A stretch of DNA of 64,000 nucleotides, taken from assembly GCA_965603825.1 (NCBI GenBank), contig CBFDEM010000036.1:930001-994000 (forward strand), given 5' to 3'. Below the pieces are notes generated by a model. That model had not been told where the DNA came from and made no database searches. It saw only the letters and a program-made list of their open reading frames with translations. The DNA is from Blepharisma stoltei ATCC 30299. Its lineage: Eukaryota > Protista > Ciliophora. This document shows, piece by piece, positions 1 to 12,098 of this stretch; position 1 is the first letter of the stretch, and the number at the start of each line of letters is the position of its first letter. The translations under genes and the position numbers were made by a program.

Positions 1-30
1 TAATTTTAAGAGACTATAGAAAATTCATTT

Positions 31-1943
31 ATGGCGAGTAATTTTATTAATATGAATATAATGCATGATCATTCGCCGCGTACACCAAAAGCTGAGTGGC
101 CTATGTTTGCGCATTATGAAAGAAGAATATCTAACGCTAAAGACATTACAGCTGAAACTCTGTCTTATTTTAATCAGCAAGGTAACAAATCAGTTATGAT
201 TAAATTCATTTTGTCCTTGCCTCCGATAAACGTACACCAGAGATGATAGAGAAATTGTATACATTAACCAAGGATCTACAATTTTTTCAAACAATTAGGG
301 AAGAGCATACAGAAGATATCCACATTTAAGCAGGCTGATATTTATAAATGGCTTAAAGTCTAATAATAATTAGGAAATAAAGCACTGGATTGTTTAAATT
401 TAGATGATAATATTAATAAATAGGATATTCATTACTCGTGCTGTAAATATTTATATTTTGAAAAACACCAAGCTGGTTCTATTATAATCAAACAAGGAGA
501 GCTAGGGTCGAAATTTTACATTATAATTGAAGGTAAAGCAAGCGTGATAAGGGAAAATGGTGACGGAAGCACCACTTTGATTGCAGAAATTGGGGATGGA
601 GAATCCTTTGGAGAAAGATCGCTTTTGCTAGGAACTTTAAGGGCTGCTACAGTTATTGCTACAGATGACTGTGCACTTGGAGTTCTGACAGCTGGGGATT
701 ATAAAAAAATCCTAGAGTCATTTATGGAGGATTATTTTAAATCAAGAAAAACTAAAAAGAGACAAGTTATTTTCCAAGAAGGGGACACAGCTGAAGAAGT
801 ATACTTAATACAAGAAGGGGAATTCAGCTTATTCAAAGCTTTTACTATTTCTATCACATCTTCTAGAGCATTCCCTGAAAATTCTCCACTCAAAACAAAG
901 AATATTTCTAAACAAAGTCCAATTTCAATCCTTTCTAAAGGAACGATGTTTGGTGAAGAAGAAATTACTTCAGGTGGTGAAGCTAGAAGAAATACAACAT
1001 GCATGTGCACATGGATCATGGATTATTGCTTGTTATTAGTAAAGAAAATTTCCAAAAACATATCTTGAAAAATGATGATGCAATTGATTTTATAAAAAAT
1101 CGGACTCAAAAAAAACTGCAAACAAGGCAGAATGTTTTTGATAAAAAAATAAAAATTCAGAAAATGAACTCCGGAATAATATCATTGGATAAGAAAAATG
1201 ATAAAAATATTGAAAGCTTGCCACAGCTAACATCCCCGAAATATGCTTTAATAAAAAAGGCACTATCTCCTAGAATTATGATAAATTCATCAACATTATT
1301 ATTATCACCTCATAAAGAAAGCAATGAAAAAGGATTAATCTATTCAAATAAAAGGCACGAAAGCCTTAGTACAATTATAACTTCTGATGTTTCTGATCAA
1401 TCTATGCCTAAATTAAACCAAAATGAAACTAAATTCAATTTTTCGACAATTTCATCGCAAGTCAAAGAATCCCTTAGTTCCCGAAGACAAAACAGGCAAT
1501 TTTCTAATATTTCTGCTGATATCGGAGATACATCAAAAAATAAAAATTTATATATAGAAGAACTAAACCCCCCATTATTTTCATCATTTTCAAAAGAAAC
1601 TGATGCTAAAAGTCCTAAAAATCTTCATTCTCCAAGCATATCATTTGATAAAAAGTGGTATATGGACAGTCCTGTCGTAAAATTGTCAATACTCGAAGGT
1701 GAGTCTCCAAAGCAAAGAACTTCTCTAGGAGTTTCCCGATATCCATATATAGATTTTTCTGAAAGCCAATCCAGAAAATCCAAAAAAGAAGCCAGTTTGA
1801 TTAATATTCATACCCACCTAATGAAATCCAAAAGTAAAAAGCACCGCAAATTCAACTCATATTATAAAGCCACTAAAGAGAAAATTAATTTGCATTTATT
1901 AAATGAGCAGCTATTTCAAGACTTAAACGTTAAAAAGTTGTAA
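31..1943 (+). pseudogene. Tandem cyclic-nucleotide-binding (CNB) domain protein, disrupted
   Basis: Two CNB domains (IIKQGELGSKFYIIIEG...GESFGERSLL...RAATVIA; VIFQEGDTAEEVYLIQEG...GTMFGEEE...RNTT) plus low-complexity tail. Needs removal of the 317-425 insert and two -1 frameshifts (~224, ~1012); the inter-CNB linker looks unusually short. Confidence 0.7.
317..427. mobile_element. IES-like TA-bounded insertion (109 bp plus one TA)
   Basis: GATAT direct repeat at 315-319 and 424-428, TATCC terminal inverted repeat; excision gives ...EEHTEDIHYSCCKYLYFE in frame. Confidence 0.6.
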
Positions 1944-1967
1944 TTTATGTCATAAATCGAGCTAAAA

Positions 1968-2999
1968 TTAACTTAAAATAATTAATGAAATAAAGCCCAA
2001 TGCTGCAATACCAAAAGCCCCATCAACCTGATTTGGATAATTATTTTCCTCAGCCCAATAAGTTGCTGTATAAATACTTTGCACACATTTATCATTTTCT
2101 TGAACCTGTGGCCACATTTTGATCTGTAATTCATAATACATAAACGCTTGAGCGCTTGATTTATCCCAAGCATCCTGCATACATGTATAAGTCAGTCTTC
2201 TTACAGTGCTACAGGTCTTAATAGCTTTGCTGTTAAACCATTTAGTTAACCATTTCCTATACATTTGGAATTGTGGATCATTAGAAAACAATGGGCAATA
2301 CCCATATCCATTTCCTGAGTTATAGCCACAGGTACAATCCTTTTCAAATTGTTGAGGCTGTCCAAAGAAATCCCATGATTGGCTTAAACATGATGTGGTG
2401 TTTGTGCATTTTGTAGGGATTGGCTGAGAGCTTTTTAAAGGAGAAATGCAGACGTTATTGTAGCAGTGAAGACTTTCACATAGCAAAGAAGTCCCATAAG
2501 TTGAGCAGCTTGCTATTAAATCAGTCCCTTTTCTTCCCAGATAAGTCCTACACGTCCCTTGATCGCAGCCTACGTTGTTTTGGCAGTCATAATCTGTTGA
2601 ACATCCAGTATCACCTGAATTAAGCTGAGGCGAACAATGGTAATTACTGCACCTCAATCCTGGATTACAATCATCATGCATTGTGCAAGGGCTGCCATTG
2701 TCAGCTCCCACACAAATTCCATTTTTGCAAGTCCCATAAGCACAAAGATTAAGGTTATTGCAAGGCTCGCCAGGCCAAGATGTAGCTTTGGCGACTGGGG
2801 CTGGAGTTGTTGTGCATGTAGAATTTCCTGGAGAAGTTATTGGAGGACAATAAGTGCCTTGGGTTGTGCAGGGCTGGAGATAGTAAGTATTATCATCATA
2901 ATAGACACATGTGTCGTGGGTTAAGGGTTTTTGGTTATTATTGCATTCATATGCAGGACATTGAGAAAGAACTAAAGGCAAAAATAAAATCTCCCACAT
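1968..2999 (-). CDS. Cysteine-rich secreted/surface protein, probably GPI-anchored
   Basis: N-terminal signal peptide, repeated C-x-x-x-x-DC-x-x-G-x-x-C modules, hydrophobic C-terminal tail. Confidence 0.8.
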   Translation of the reverse strand: MWEILFLPLVLSQCPAYECNNNQKPLTHDTCVYYDDNTYYLQPCTTQGTYCPPITSPGNSTCTTTPAPVAKATSWPGEPCNNLNLCAYGTCKNGICVGADNGSPCTMHDDCNPGLRCSNYHCSPQLNSGDTGCSTDYDCQNNVGCDQGTCRTYLGRKGTDLIASCSTYGTSLLCESLHCYNNVCISPLKSSQPIPTKCTNTTSCLSQSWDFFGQPQQFEKDCTCGYNSGNGYGYCPLFSNDPQFQMYRKWLTKWFNSKAIKTCSTVRRLTYTCMQDAWDKSSAQAFMYYELQIKMWPQVQENDKCVQSIYTATYWAEENNYPNQVDGAFGIAALGFISLIILS

Positions 3000-3005
3000 T
3001 TTATA

Positions 3006-4154
3006 TTAAAAATCTAATCTAAAAGGCTGGATATTGAGTTGGCTTGCCAAATTCAACTGGGCTTGGCTTGATCTGTATTTATCAAACTGGTCTTCAGGCT
3101 CTTCATAATATTCATTCCCATGCTGAAGTTCCACAAAATTTGGGATTCCTAAAGACGTGCTTCATTTTTCTGTTTTTATAAAAGTCCCACTGCTTCACAA
3201 TAAAACAGCGCCAGGCTGAGTAACTACACATATAAGTGGATGCACATGGGTATTTATTGAGGTACACAAATAAGCGGCCGCGCCTAAAGGAGAATGCATA
3301 TTTTTAGCCATACTTACTCGGGTATCTGAGTCTACAGTGTCAAACATTTTTATTGTATGGGATCCTGTCTCCTGAAGAGTTCCTAGAACAAAGCACGTGT
3401 CCATGTTCTGAATTTTGAAAAAACAGCAGGCGCTTCATCTTTTTCTTTCAATGTAATCTCCAATTTCTTTAACCAGCTCGAATTTATAAGGATATTTCAC
3501 CTCAAATACACGCAAGGCTCGGTCTTTGGAATTAATTAAAATCATATTACAGCGATTTGACCGAAAATCTCGAACTGCAGATTGAAAAATTGATGCGACT
3601 TCTTGTGTGTAAATAAGATGTCCATCAAGAGTTAATACATAAAAAACATTGTTTGGTGACCCGAATATAATAATTTTCTCTTGGTTGAAGCATCCAAACC
3701 ATTCTGAAGCTATCTCATCTTGTTTTAGCGAAAGCTGTGTCCCATCATTCCATGAATACACTACTATATCAGATTTTCCATAAACCAAAACCTTAGAATC
3801 TACGACATCCATCCCGCCAACCTTAAAAGAAAATTGGACTGGGGTTTCTTCTATGCATTGTAGCTGAAACCTAAACAATAAATTAGCATCAGTTAGCACA
3901 TATATAAAATCATACCCTCATTTTAGACTGAGGACTTTTCCTCATGCTTTTTCAGGCTTTACTCGTAAAATGATGCTATGTGTCATAAAACTAAAAATCA
4001 AGACTTCTGCGTTATTGTTGCAGCCAACAGCTAAAAATTCTCCACATGGCGAAAACTCAGCGACTACACAGCTTTCGACTTTTCCAATAATCTCGTGGCA
4101 CTCATAAGGCTTTACATGCTCTCCTTTTGTTAGTCTAATATTAAGCCTTTCCAT
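3006..4154 (-). CDS. RBBP5: RBBP5/Swd1-like WD40 subunit of COMPASS
   Basis: ORFs 3942-4154, 3435-3899 and 3195-3404 are one frame joined by TGA=Trp; FSPCGEFLAVGC, INSKDRALRVF, W...PNFVEL...EYYEEPEDQFD match RBBP5; TAA at 3006-3008. Confidence 0.8.
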
Positions 4155-5012
4155 TTATGGAAAATTAAGCTGGATAATTTGCAAAGATCTTAAAAATTCA
4201 GAATTATAATGAGTGAGAGGATACCTTTAAGTAGTAATTAAATAGCTGAAAGATGTAAATTTTGTAAATGCAGTAATTAAATCATTAGATTCGTCTATAG
4301 TGTCAATCATTTTTATTGTATGATGCCCTTTATCTTGAAGGGTTTCAAGGGTAGGTTTCTATTAAATAAGCATCATGGGCTTCATTTATTTCCTTTTTAA
4401 TGTAAAAAAAATTACAAGGATTTTTTATAATAAAATATACATAAAGAGCAATCACTGATTTCTTTAACCGGCTCCAACTATAAGAATATTTCTCTTAAAT
4501 ACACACAAATCTCAGTCTGTTGAATTAATCAAACTTATATTGGAACAATGCGATAGAATTTCTTACTGTAGATAGAAAGATTGGTGCGCCTTAAGTATAA
4601 AAAAATTCAATACATAAAATATATTATCGGCACTTAAATGTAATAATTTTTTCTTAATTAAAGCACCTAAATTGCCTTATCATTTTAGGGGAGGATGTAT
4701 CTGATGATTCCATGAATACACTGCTTCCTAAAGTGTTCATAGTCTAAAATTCAAGACTTTTGTGTCTTATTGCAGCCTACAGCTTCAACGGCTAATCAGC
4801 TTTATACCTTTCCTGATGCTATTCCTTGGCACTATTAAAGCTAATTAGCTTGATATTAAGCCTTTCCATTTATGGAAGATTAAGCTGGAAATTTTGCAAA
4901 GGTCTTAAACATGTCGAAATTATAATGATTGAGAAGATAATTGCCTTATATAGTAATTAAATGGCTGAAAGATATAAATTTTGTAAAAGTAGGAACTCAA
5001 TCATTGGAGCTT
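3980..5012. repeat. Diverged direct duplication of the RBBP5 / 4961-gene head-to-head junction (~3980-4292 vs ~4700-5012)
   Basis: Shared ttaagcctttccatttatggaa-attaagctgga...tagtaattaaat-gctgaaagat-taaattttgtaaa blocks. Confidence 0.85.
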
Positions 5013-5467
5013 CTTTGAGCAATTTTCATTTGAATAAAAGACTATTGTTGCCAGAATTGCCAATTGAAATGCCAAAGAGGAAACTGTCTTGTCGGAGCGT
5101 GACATTTCCATGCATAAAGCGTGACAAGCAGAAACTTATAATTTCACATGCTAAGTTTCAACAAGAACCATTGTCTCCCGCTTCTCCTGAATCTCCACGG
5201 AAATTAAGTTCAAGTTTGTTTGGTGATAAGCTACCAGCCACAATTAAGAAAGAAGTCAAAGTTTTCAGGATCAAGAAGAGATTTAAAAATATGAACGATT
5301 TTAATAAGAGGATTCCTCAAGATGATCCATTGGAATGCTATTATGAAAATTTGCCTTATATTGGTGACGTTTTACAAGAAAACAGAGCAAAGCATTACTC
5401 GAAAATGTCAAAACTGGTCCTTCCGGTTTACGAAGAATCCAATGAAAGCCTAGAAGTTCTTGCGTAA
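4961..5467 (+). CDS. Hypothetical basic protein
   Basis: 168-aa ATG-TAA ORF after AT-rich leader; no motif recognised. Confidence 0.6.
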   Translation: MAERYKFCKSRNSIIGASLSNFHLNKRLLLPELPIEMPKRKLSCRSVTFPCIKRDKQKLIISHAKFQQEPLSPASPESPRKLSSSLFGDKLPATIKKEVKVFRIKKRFKNMNDFNKRIPQDDPLECYYENLPYIGDVLQENRAKHYSKMSKLVLPVYEESNESLEVLA

Positions 5468-5870
5468 AATGCGAAATTTCTGGGTTTTTGATAAATTTAA
5501 AATAAACGATTGGAGAACAATAAGGGTTGTAATAATGGGGAAAAATAATTATCGTTAGATTCATGCTAAAGTAGATCGGTAAATTTATATTAAATTAATT
5601 TGCCTAATAAAACATGAAGATTTTTATCTGAATAGAATATCAACTAACTGATAATAAATATAAAGAATTTTAGAATTTACAAGTAAATTAAAGGATAATG
5701 ATAAGCCTGACTAAAATTGTGAGAAATAGAAAATTTAAATTATTATGGAGAGTTTTAATATAATGACTATGAAACAGCAATGAGTAAGATAAGGCCAAAA
5801 ATCATATAAATATTCAAGTGCTAACGAAGTATCTTTCAATATAATTTTAGAAAATATAAATTATGATAAA

Positions 5871-6491
5871 TTAGAAAAATCGTTTCTGGGTTCTTTTTCT
5901 TTCCAAGCTTAAAGGTCGAATTAGATCATAAATATTCGTTGATTTTTCAGATGCCAATCTGGATGATTCCTCATCAGAATTCATATTTGGCCTTTGGATA
6001 ACATTTTTTGTAGACTCAGTATTACTGCAAGCACTGTTTTCTGGTGGTTTCACATCTTGATATTTGCAAAAATCTTTTTCTCGATTTTTCCAATTCGGAA
6101 AATTTTTGCTTGGAAATTTTACCTCATATACCTCAATAAGTCCACTATTATCGATTATTCTATCATGATGTCCTTCTTTATCATAGCAGTCTGTAAAAAT
6201 TTGGTTAGAAAAGATTTTTGGAGCTTTTATAACTTCTTTACCTTCGAGATTAATTAAATAAGGCTGAAGTTTTAAAGCACCTAATGATACTGATCGAATA
6301 TGCTGATTTGGCAATGCGGGAAGATGCTTAAATGAGTTTTTCGGGATATACTGTAATTTACGGTTGAAATTAGATTTTTTTTGTTGAATTAAATCAGATA
6401 TTTTCGCTGGTTTTTTGCAAGGGAGTGATTGAAACAAGATGTCTTTAATTGGGATGTCTGAGTAAGCTCTTTTGTGCTCGATTTTTTTCAT
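5871..6491 (-). CDS. Hypothetical protein
   Basis: 206-aa ATG-TAA ORF flanked by AT-rich DNA. Confidence 0.6.
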   Translation of the reverse strand: MKKIEHKRAYSDIPIKDILFQSLPCKKPAKISDLIQQKKSNFNRKLQYIPKNSFKHLPALPNQHIRSVSLGALKLQPYLINLEGKEVIKAPKIFSNQIFTDCYDKEGHHDRIIDNSGLIEVYEVKFPSKNFPNWKNREKDFCKYQDVKPPENSACSNTESTKNVIQRPNMNSDEESSRLASEKSTNIYDLIRPLSLERKRTQKRFF

Positions 6492-7347
6492 TTAAAGTTA
6501 AATTAAAATTATGAATTAAAATAACGCAAATAAAGAAATTTGAGATTGCAAATATATTTTTTATAAAAACTAAAAAAAGGAATTTGCATTGGTGGTTTAT
6601 CTTAGGCTGTTTTTATGGTGTGAATTTTATATAAGAAAATGTGCAAAAGCTATAAGATAAAGAAAATATAATAATAAAGTTAAAATTAGTCATAAATTCA
6701 AGCTAATATTTCCGAATCATGCTAATGGGTTTTAAATTGCCAAGAAAACCTAGACTTTTAAAGCCATATAGATCCATTGAAGAATGCACTCTAAGCTTTT
6801 GAAAGGTGTAATATCAATCTAAAAATTAAGCTTTTTTAGATTTTATAATTTTACATATCTGATTTTATGGGTGCAATTGCTTTAAAACTTACATCGAATT
6901 GATCCCGACATGAAAATTTAGAAGGGCTTTTTCCCTTCGCATATATTTTCAATTTTAACTTTGCCCTTTAATTTCTGCATGCAAATTATTATTTCTATCC
7001 TTTTCTCATCTGCTGATTTCTTTAAAGTATCTTTTTCAATCTTATATAGCTATTATTAATTTAAAGATTTTATTAAAATAATTTTAATCATATATAAAAA
7101 TATTCAGATCCGCGTACTTTTTTAAGCTTTAGAATCTTCGTTTTAAGGTATAATATTGCTAGACACAAAAATGACTATGCATTAAAAGTAATCTTAGAGA
7201 TTTTAGCTATTTTTTAAGCTTTTTATGATTTTTGAAGACAACAATTTGAAAGTTTTAAATATTTATAGCAATAAATAGCTAATAAGGCAATAAGCTTTCT
7301 TTACTAATTAAAAAGAAAACCATTTAATATTTTATTTCGTTTATTAT

Positions 7348-8100
7348 ATGGAAGGGTCCGATATAGAGGATGGAGAAGTCTTAGAGCAAGAAGAGTCAGC
7401 ACAACCCCCAAATCAGCTTATAATGCCAATACAAAATAAGCAAGACAACAGAAAGCAAGAAGTACAGCGAATTAAGCGCCCAAGGCCAGATGAATCAAAA
7501 ATTAAAAAGGTAAAGTGCAAGTATTGAGCTGGAGGGACTTGCCATAAAGGCCAAGACTGCACTTACCTTCACGAAGGAGTTCAATTACTAAAAGATGAGC
7601 TCTGCAAGTATTTTGTTACAGACACATGTGTAAAAGGAGATGATTGTATTTATTCTCACGATACCAAAAAATTTCCTTGCAAATTTTTCCACGGTGTAGG
7701 ATCATGCCATCTAGGTGATAATTGTCGTTTTTCCCATATAAGGCTTACACCTGAAATGATTCCGAAGTTTATTAAAGATAATGAAGCCTTTTTACAGCAA
7801 GTTCAGCAGCAAAGAGGGTATACAAATCTAGGAGAATACTACAACCAATATGCAAGAGAGAAAGCAAGTTTACAGCCTTTATTGCCGCTCCCAGGGAATT
7901 TGTTAGGAATTCCACAATTCCCTCCTACTATAGCTCCACCGATTTGAATTCCTCCAAAACCTCCCAGCCCTGATTTATCGTCTCGACTACATGCAAGTGG
8001 AATTATAAAAAATCGAAATATAACAATCCCAAAAGGTGATTTGTCAAAACTAAGAAAGCCACCAAATTCTCATGTTTACAAAAAGCCTAAATTTAGTTAA
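7348..8100 (+). CDS. Triple CCCH zinc-finger protein (ZC3H4/6/8-like)
   Basis: With TGA=Trp: CKYWAGGTCHKGQDCTYLH, CKYFVTDTCVKGDDCIYSH, CKFFHGVGSCHLGDNCRFSH; ATG 7348, TAA 8098-8100. Confidence 0.85.
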
Positions 8101-8156
8101 TAAATTATACACAATATATTAATAATAATTTTGGATTACTATAAGCATTGCAAGAG

Positions 8157-9260
8157 CTATTTCAATGATTCTTCTTGATAGGTAAAGCCGATGAAGTTAT
8201 TTTGAGTACCTATTAAGGAACTTTTTGTGACAGAGTCAACTGGAGGCTCATTAGTGAATTCTGAGTCAAAATTTCGAGTATCTAAAGGGCTCATAATTTT
8301 TGGCTTAAAAGGAGCAGGCATTCCTTTTTTACTAAGTGCATCCCAGTCAATTCCTTGGAAAAATGGATGCTTTTTAATTTCTTTTACATTCGAAAGTCTA
8401 AGACTTACCTACATATCTTTTACCTCAATTTCAATTAATTTTCTCAATAAATCTGTTACTTGTGCAGAAAACCTGGATTTCATCCTTACAGGCGTATTTA
8501 ATATCATTTTATACAGCTCAACCCTATTTTCTGCATAAAAAGGAGGTTCACCTGCAATCATCTCATATAAAACCACCCCTAAGCTTCAAAAATCCACAGC
8601 TTTATCATACCCTTCATTCTTGAGTACTTCTGGTGCCAGATATTCTGGAGTCCCACAAAAAGTAAAAGCTTTTTTATCAGAATCTGTTACCTTTGAGAGC
8701 CCAAAATCAGTGAGCTTTATATGTCCATCTACATCTAGAAGTATGTTTTCTGGCTTTAAATCTCTATAGATTACTCCTGCATTGTGTAAAGATTCAAAAG
8801 CTAATAAAATTTCTGCGGCATAGAATTTTGCTCTGTCTTCAGAAAATTTACCTTCTTTTCGTAAATGGAAAAATAATTCTCCACCTTTCATATAGTCCAT
8901 TACCATATAAAGCTTATCAGAAGTCTGAAAAGCATATCTCAACTGCACTATGAATGGCGATTTCACCCCTTCCAAAATATATCTCTCAGCCAAAGTATGG
9001 CTGATCTGTTTTTTCTGTTCAATCAGCTGCTTTCTCAACACTTTCATAGCATAATAATTCCCTGTATCTTTTTTTGTCACTAATAAAACTTTTCCAAATG
9101 ACCCTTTCCCTATGACTTTTTCAATTTTGAAGTCATTCGGCGAAAGATGCGAAGAATAAATTTGTGTGGTATTGTTGCTTGAGGTTATGTCTTCTAAAAT
9201 TAAAGGCGTATCTACATCTTCGGGTTCTTTTTTCTTAAGGCAAGACATCACGCATCCCAT
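8157..9260 (-). CDS. AGC-family Ser/Thr kinase (S6K/SGK/Akt-like)
   Basis: GKGSFGKV, YRDLKPEN, DFG, TFCGTPEYLAPE, DFW(TGA)SLG; 15-nt intron 8409-8423; C-terminal hydrophobic motif FIGFTY; MGC acylation start. Confidence 0.9.
8409..8423 (-). other. 15-nt spliceosomal intron
   Basis: GTAAAAGATATGTAG, removes in-frame TAG in the kinase. Confidence 0.85.
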
Positions 9261-9434
9261 TTTTCCCAAAATTTGGTTATTTATCAAAATGTTCGACATA
9301 TAAAATCGCAGGCATTTCTCTTTTAAATTTACGATGATTTTAAAATTAAGAAAAATTAAATAATAAAAAAATATTATTTGTGGGTTGTGAAATTTTTATT
9401 AACTGTTTTGATTATTAAATAATAAACAAATAAA

Positions 9435-10181
9435 ATGATCAAGATATATTTTTTAGCAGTATTACTTGTAAATCCTAATTAGATTGTTGTGGTTTTGCAA
9501 GTGCCTTATTTCTATTTTAAAGGCTATGTGGAGCATTGATCATGATTTTTTAAAATTGCAGTTTCTGCTCTGATTTTGGGTTTTTCTGGGTGTGGGTATT
9601 ATGCAATCAATAAATTGAAGCTTATGTTCATTAGAATTGTATGATTTAAATAGTCAAGTATTTTTCTGTCAATTTTGATGGTATGTCTTATTTTTATTGT
9701 GGCTTTCGGGATTTCTGAGTGCTCGACTAGGCTATGCTCTGAGCTGGATAAAGCTTGCAGTGATGATATTTCGACTAAAATTTCAGACGAAATCCCATGA
9801 TATGCAGGAGGACTGTATATAGCATCAATAATGCTATTAATTTCGATGATTGTAACAGCTATATAGTCTTTTTTCTTGGTCGAACTTATAAAAAAATGAA
9901 TTTATTTAGCAAATGAAGTGCCAGTAGCTAAAGTGCAGACCCCACTAGACGAAAGCCAAAGCATGATTGATTATGAAGAAATACCTAAAACTGAAAGAAA
10001 TGAGGTATGGACAGCAGAGCATAGTGATAAACAACAAATCGCTCCTGGGTATAAAGTTACTAATATAGAAGAAGAAAACAACAGAAATATTGAAGTCCTT
10101 GATTTAGATGTCGAGGTAGCACAGAATAGAAATAGTAAACCAAGGCGCAGGACTATGATAACAATGAAAGATTTCGAATAA
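9435..10181 (+). CDS. Four-TM membrane protein (tetraspanin-like topology)
   Basis: Continuous frame after removing 15-nt introns 9468-9482, 9639-9653 and 9852-9866; four hydrophobic segments, Cys-containing loop, acidic tail. Confidence 0.75.
9468..9482 (+). other. 15-nt intron
   Basis: GTAAATCCTAATTAG, in-frame TAG. Confidence 0.8.
9639..9653 (+). other. 15-nt intron
   Basis: GTATGATTTAAATAG, in-frame TAG. Confidence 0.8.
9852..9866 (+). other. 15-nt intron
   Basis: GTAACAGCTATATAG, in-frame TAG. Confidence 0.8.
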
Positions 10182-10429
10182 TAGTAAATATTAAATAATT
10201 ATAGTTCAATATTTTTATAACTGAAATAAATTGATACTCAATTTCTTATAAAAAATATTAATTTATTATAAAATTTTAAAAATTAACTAGAAAATGACTC
10301 ATTTACATTTAAAAACCTCCACTATTTAATTAAATTAATTTAATTTTACCAGTATTTATAAACTTTTTTTCCCATATATTTTCTTTATTTAATATAAAGA
10401 CTTTTTTATTTCAATTTTTCTTTAAAAAT

Positions 10430-12098
10430 ATGGGAGTGTGTGCACCTAGAGAGCGTGAATTAGTTAAGCCTTTAAAAGGCAAACTTTTACCACAATCTTC
10501 AATAACAAAAACTTCAAGACTTGATAGTAATTTTAAAAAAAGGCATCACAGAGCAATATGATTTTATAAGAGTAATTGGCTATGGACAATTCGGTACTGT
10601 AAGGGAAGCTACCAAAATAGACAGATTAAACACAGAAACGTCAAATCCGAAGCATTATGCTATAAAATCCATCAGTAAAAGCAGGGTTAGAGACCATTTG
10701 GAGCTGCTTCAAAATGAATTGTCCATCCTCCAATTGGTGGATCATCCGAATATAATAAAGCTCTATGAGATTTATGAAGATTCTTTATACATCCATCTGG
10801 TCACTGAATTATGTATTGGAGGTGATTTATATGAATATTTATTGGAAAAAGAAAGCTTAAATGAGCTAGAAGTCGCTAAAATTATGATGAAAATTTTTAC
10901 TGCAGTAAACCATTTGCATACTATGAGAATTTGCCATAGGGATATCAAGCCAGAGAACGTTATGTTTACTGACAAGTCTGAGGACAGAGAGCTGAAGCTG
11001 ATTGACTTTGGACTTTCTTCAAAATATAGAGATGAGCTATTAGAAAGTATTGTAGGGACTCCTTACTATCTCGCTCCTGAAGTTTTAAAAGGATCTTATA
11101 GTAAAGAATGTGACGTTTGGTCTCTAGGTGTGATGATGTACTTGCTGCTGTCAGGAAAGCATCCTTTTAAAGGATCTTCTATGAAAAATCTTTTCCGCCA
11201 TATTTATAACTGTCAATACAACTTTTCAGAGCCGACATGAAGCAAAATATCAAACCAGGCGAAAAATCTTATACAGAGAATGTTTACAAAAAATCCGAAT
11301 AATCGGATAACGATTTCAGAAGCTCTTAGGCATGATTGATTTACCATTGTAAAATCAAATGCAGAGCCAAAAATTAGCTTAGAAATATTTTCATCAATAA
11401 AACGAAATAAAGCTAAAAGCAAGCTATGGCAAGTCGCTATGAAAGTTCTTGTAAGAAATTTATCTTCTGAACAAATTGATGATCTGAAAAATATCTTTTT
11501 TGAAATTGATGAAAGGAAAACTGGGTTTGTGACAGCTCACGACATAGAAGTCTGTATGAATAAAAATGGCTATGAGTTGGCAAGAGAAGAATTTATTGAG
11601 CTAACATCAAAAATAGAAGAAATAGGGCGAGGAAGATTAAATTATACACAGTTTTTAATAGCTGCATTAGATAGAAAAAAGATTTTCGAAGAAGAAATTC
11701 TGTGGGAAGTTTTCAGAGTTTTCGATCATGTAAATCATATATAGGACGGAAATGGATTTATAAATTTGACTGATTTGAAATTTGCATTAGAAAAAGCTGG
11801 GTGCTATATTTCTGACAATGAATATCAAGATATAATAGAAGAATTTCAGCTTAAATACTGCCAAAAATTAGATTATGAAGAATTTAAAAATATTATGGGC
11901 TGTAATCTTTATATAGGCTTTTCAGAAGTCCAAACTGCTGAAAATTCAACATTGCAATCTCCAAATCCAACTACAAGAAGAACAATCAGAAAGCTTTCCA
12001 ATCGAAAATTAACGACACGGAGGGCATCTGTAATTGAAGCTGTAAAACGAGTGAGAAGAGCTACTGATGTGCCAAGAGCTGTCAAAGACAGTATATAA
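10430..12098 (+). CDS. Calcium-dependent protein kinase (CDPK)
   Basis: MGVC start, kinase domain (HRDIKPEN, DFG, GTPYYLAPE), four partly degenerate EF hands; introns 10527-10542 (16 nt), 11730-11744 and probably 11902-11916; two TGA=Trp. Confidence 0.9.
10527..10542 (+). other. 16-nt intron
   Basis: GTAATTTTAAAAAAAG joins the MGVC leader to the kinase frame. Confidence 0.8.
11730..11744 (+). other. 15-nt intron
   Basis: GTAAATCATATATAG; removal restores EF-hand DHDGNGFINLTD. Confidence 0.92.
11902..11916 (+). other. Probable 15-nt intron (stop-free)
   Basis: GTAATCTTTATATAG fits the consensus but is not required for frame. Confidence 0.65.
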
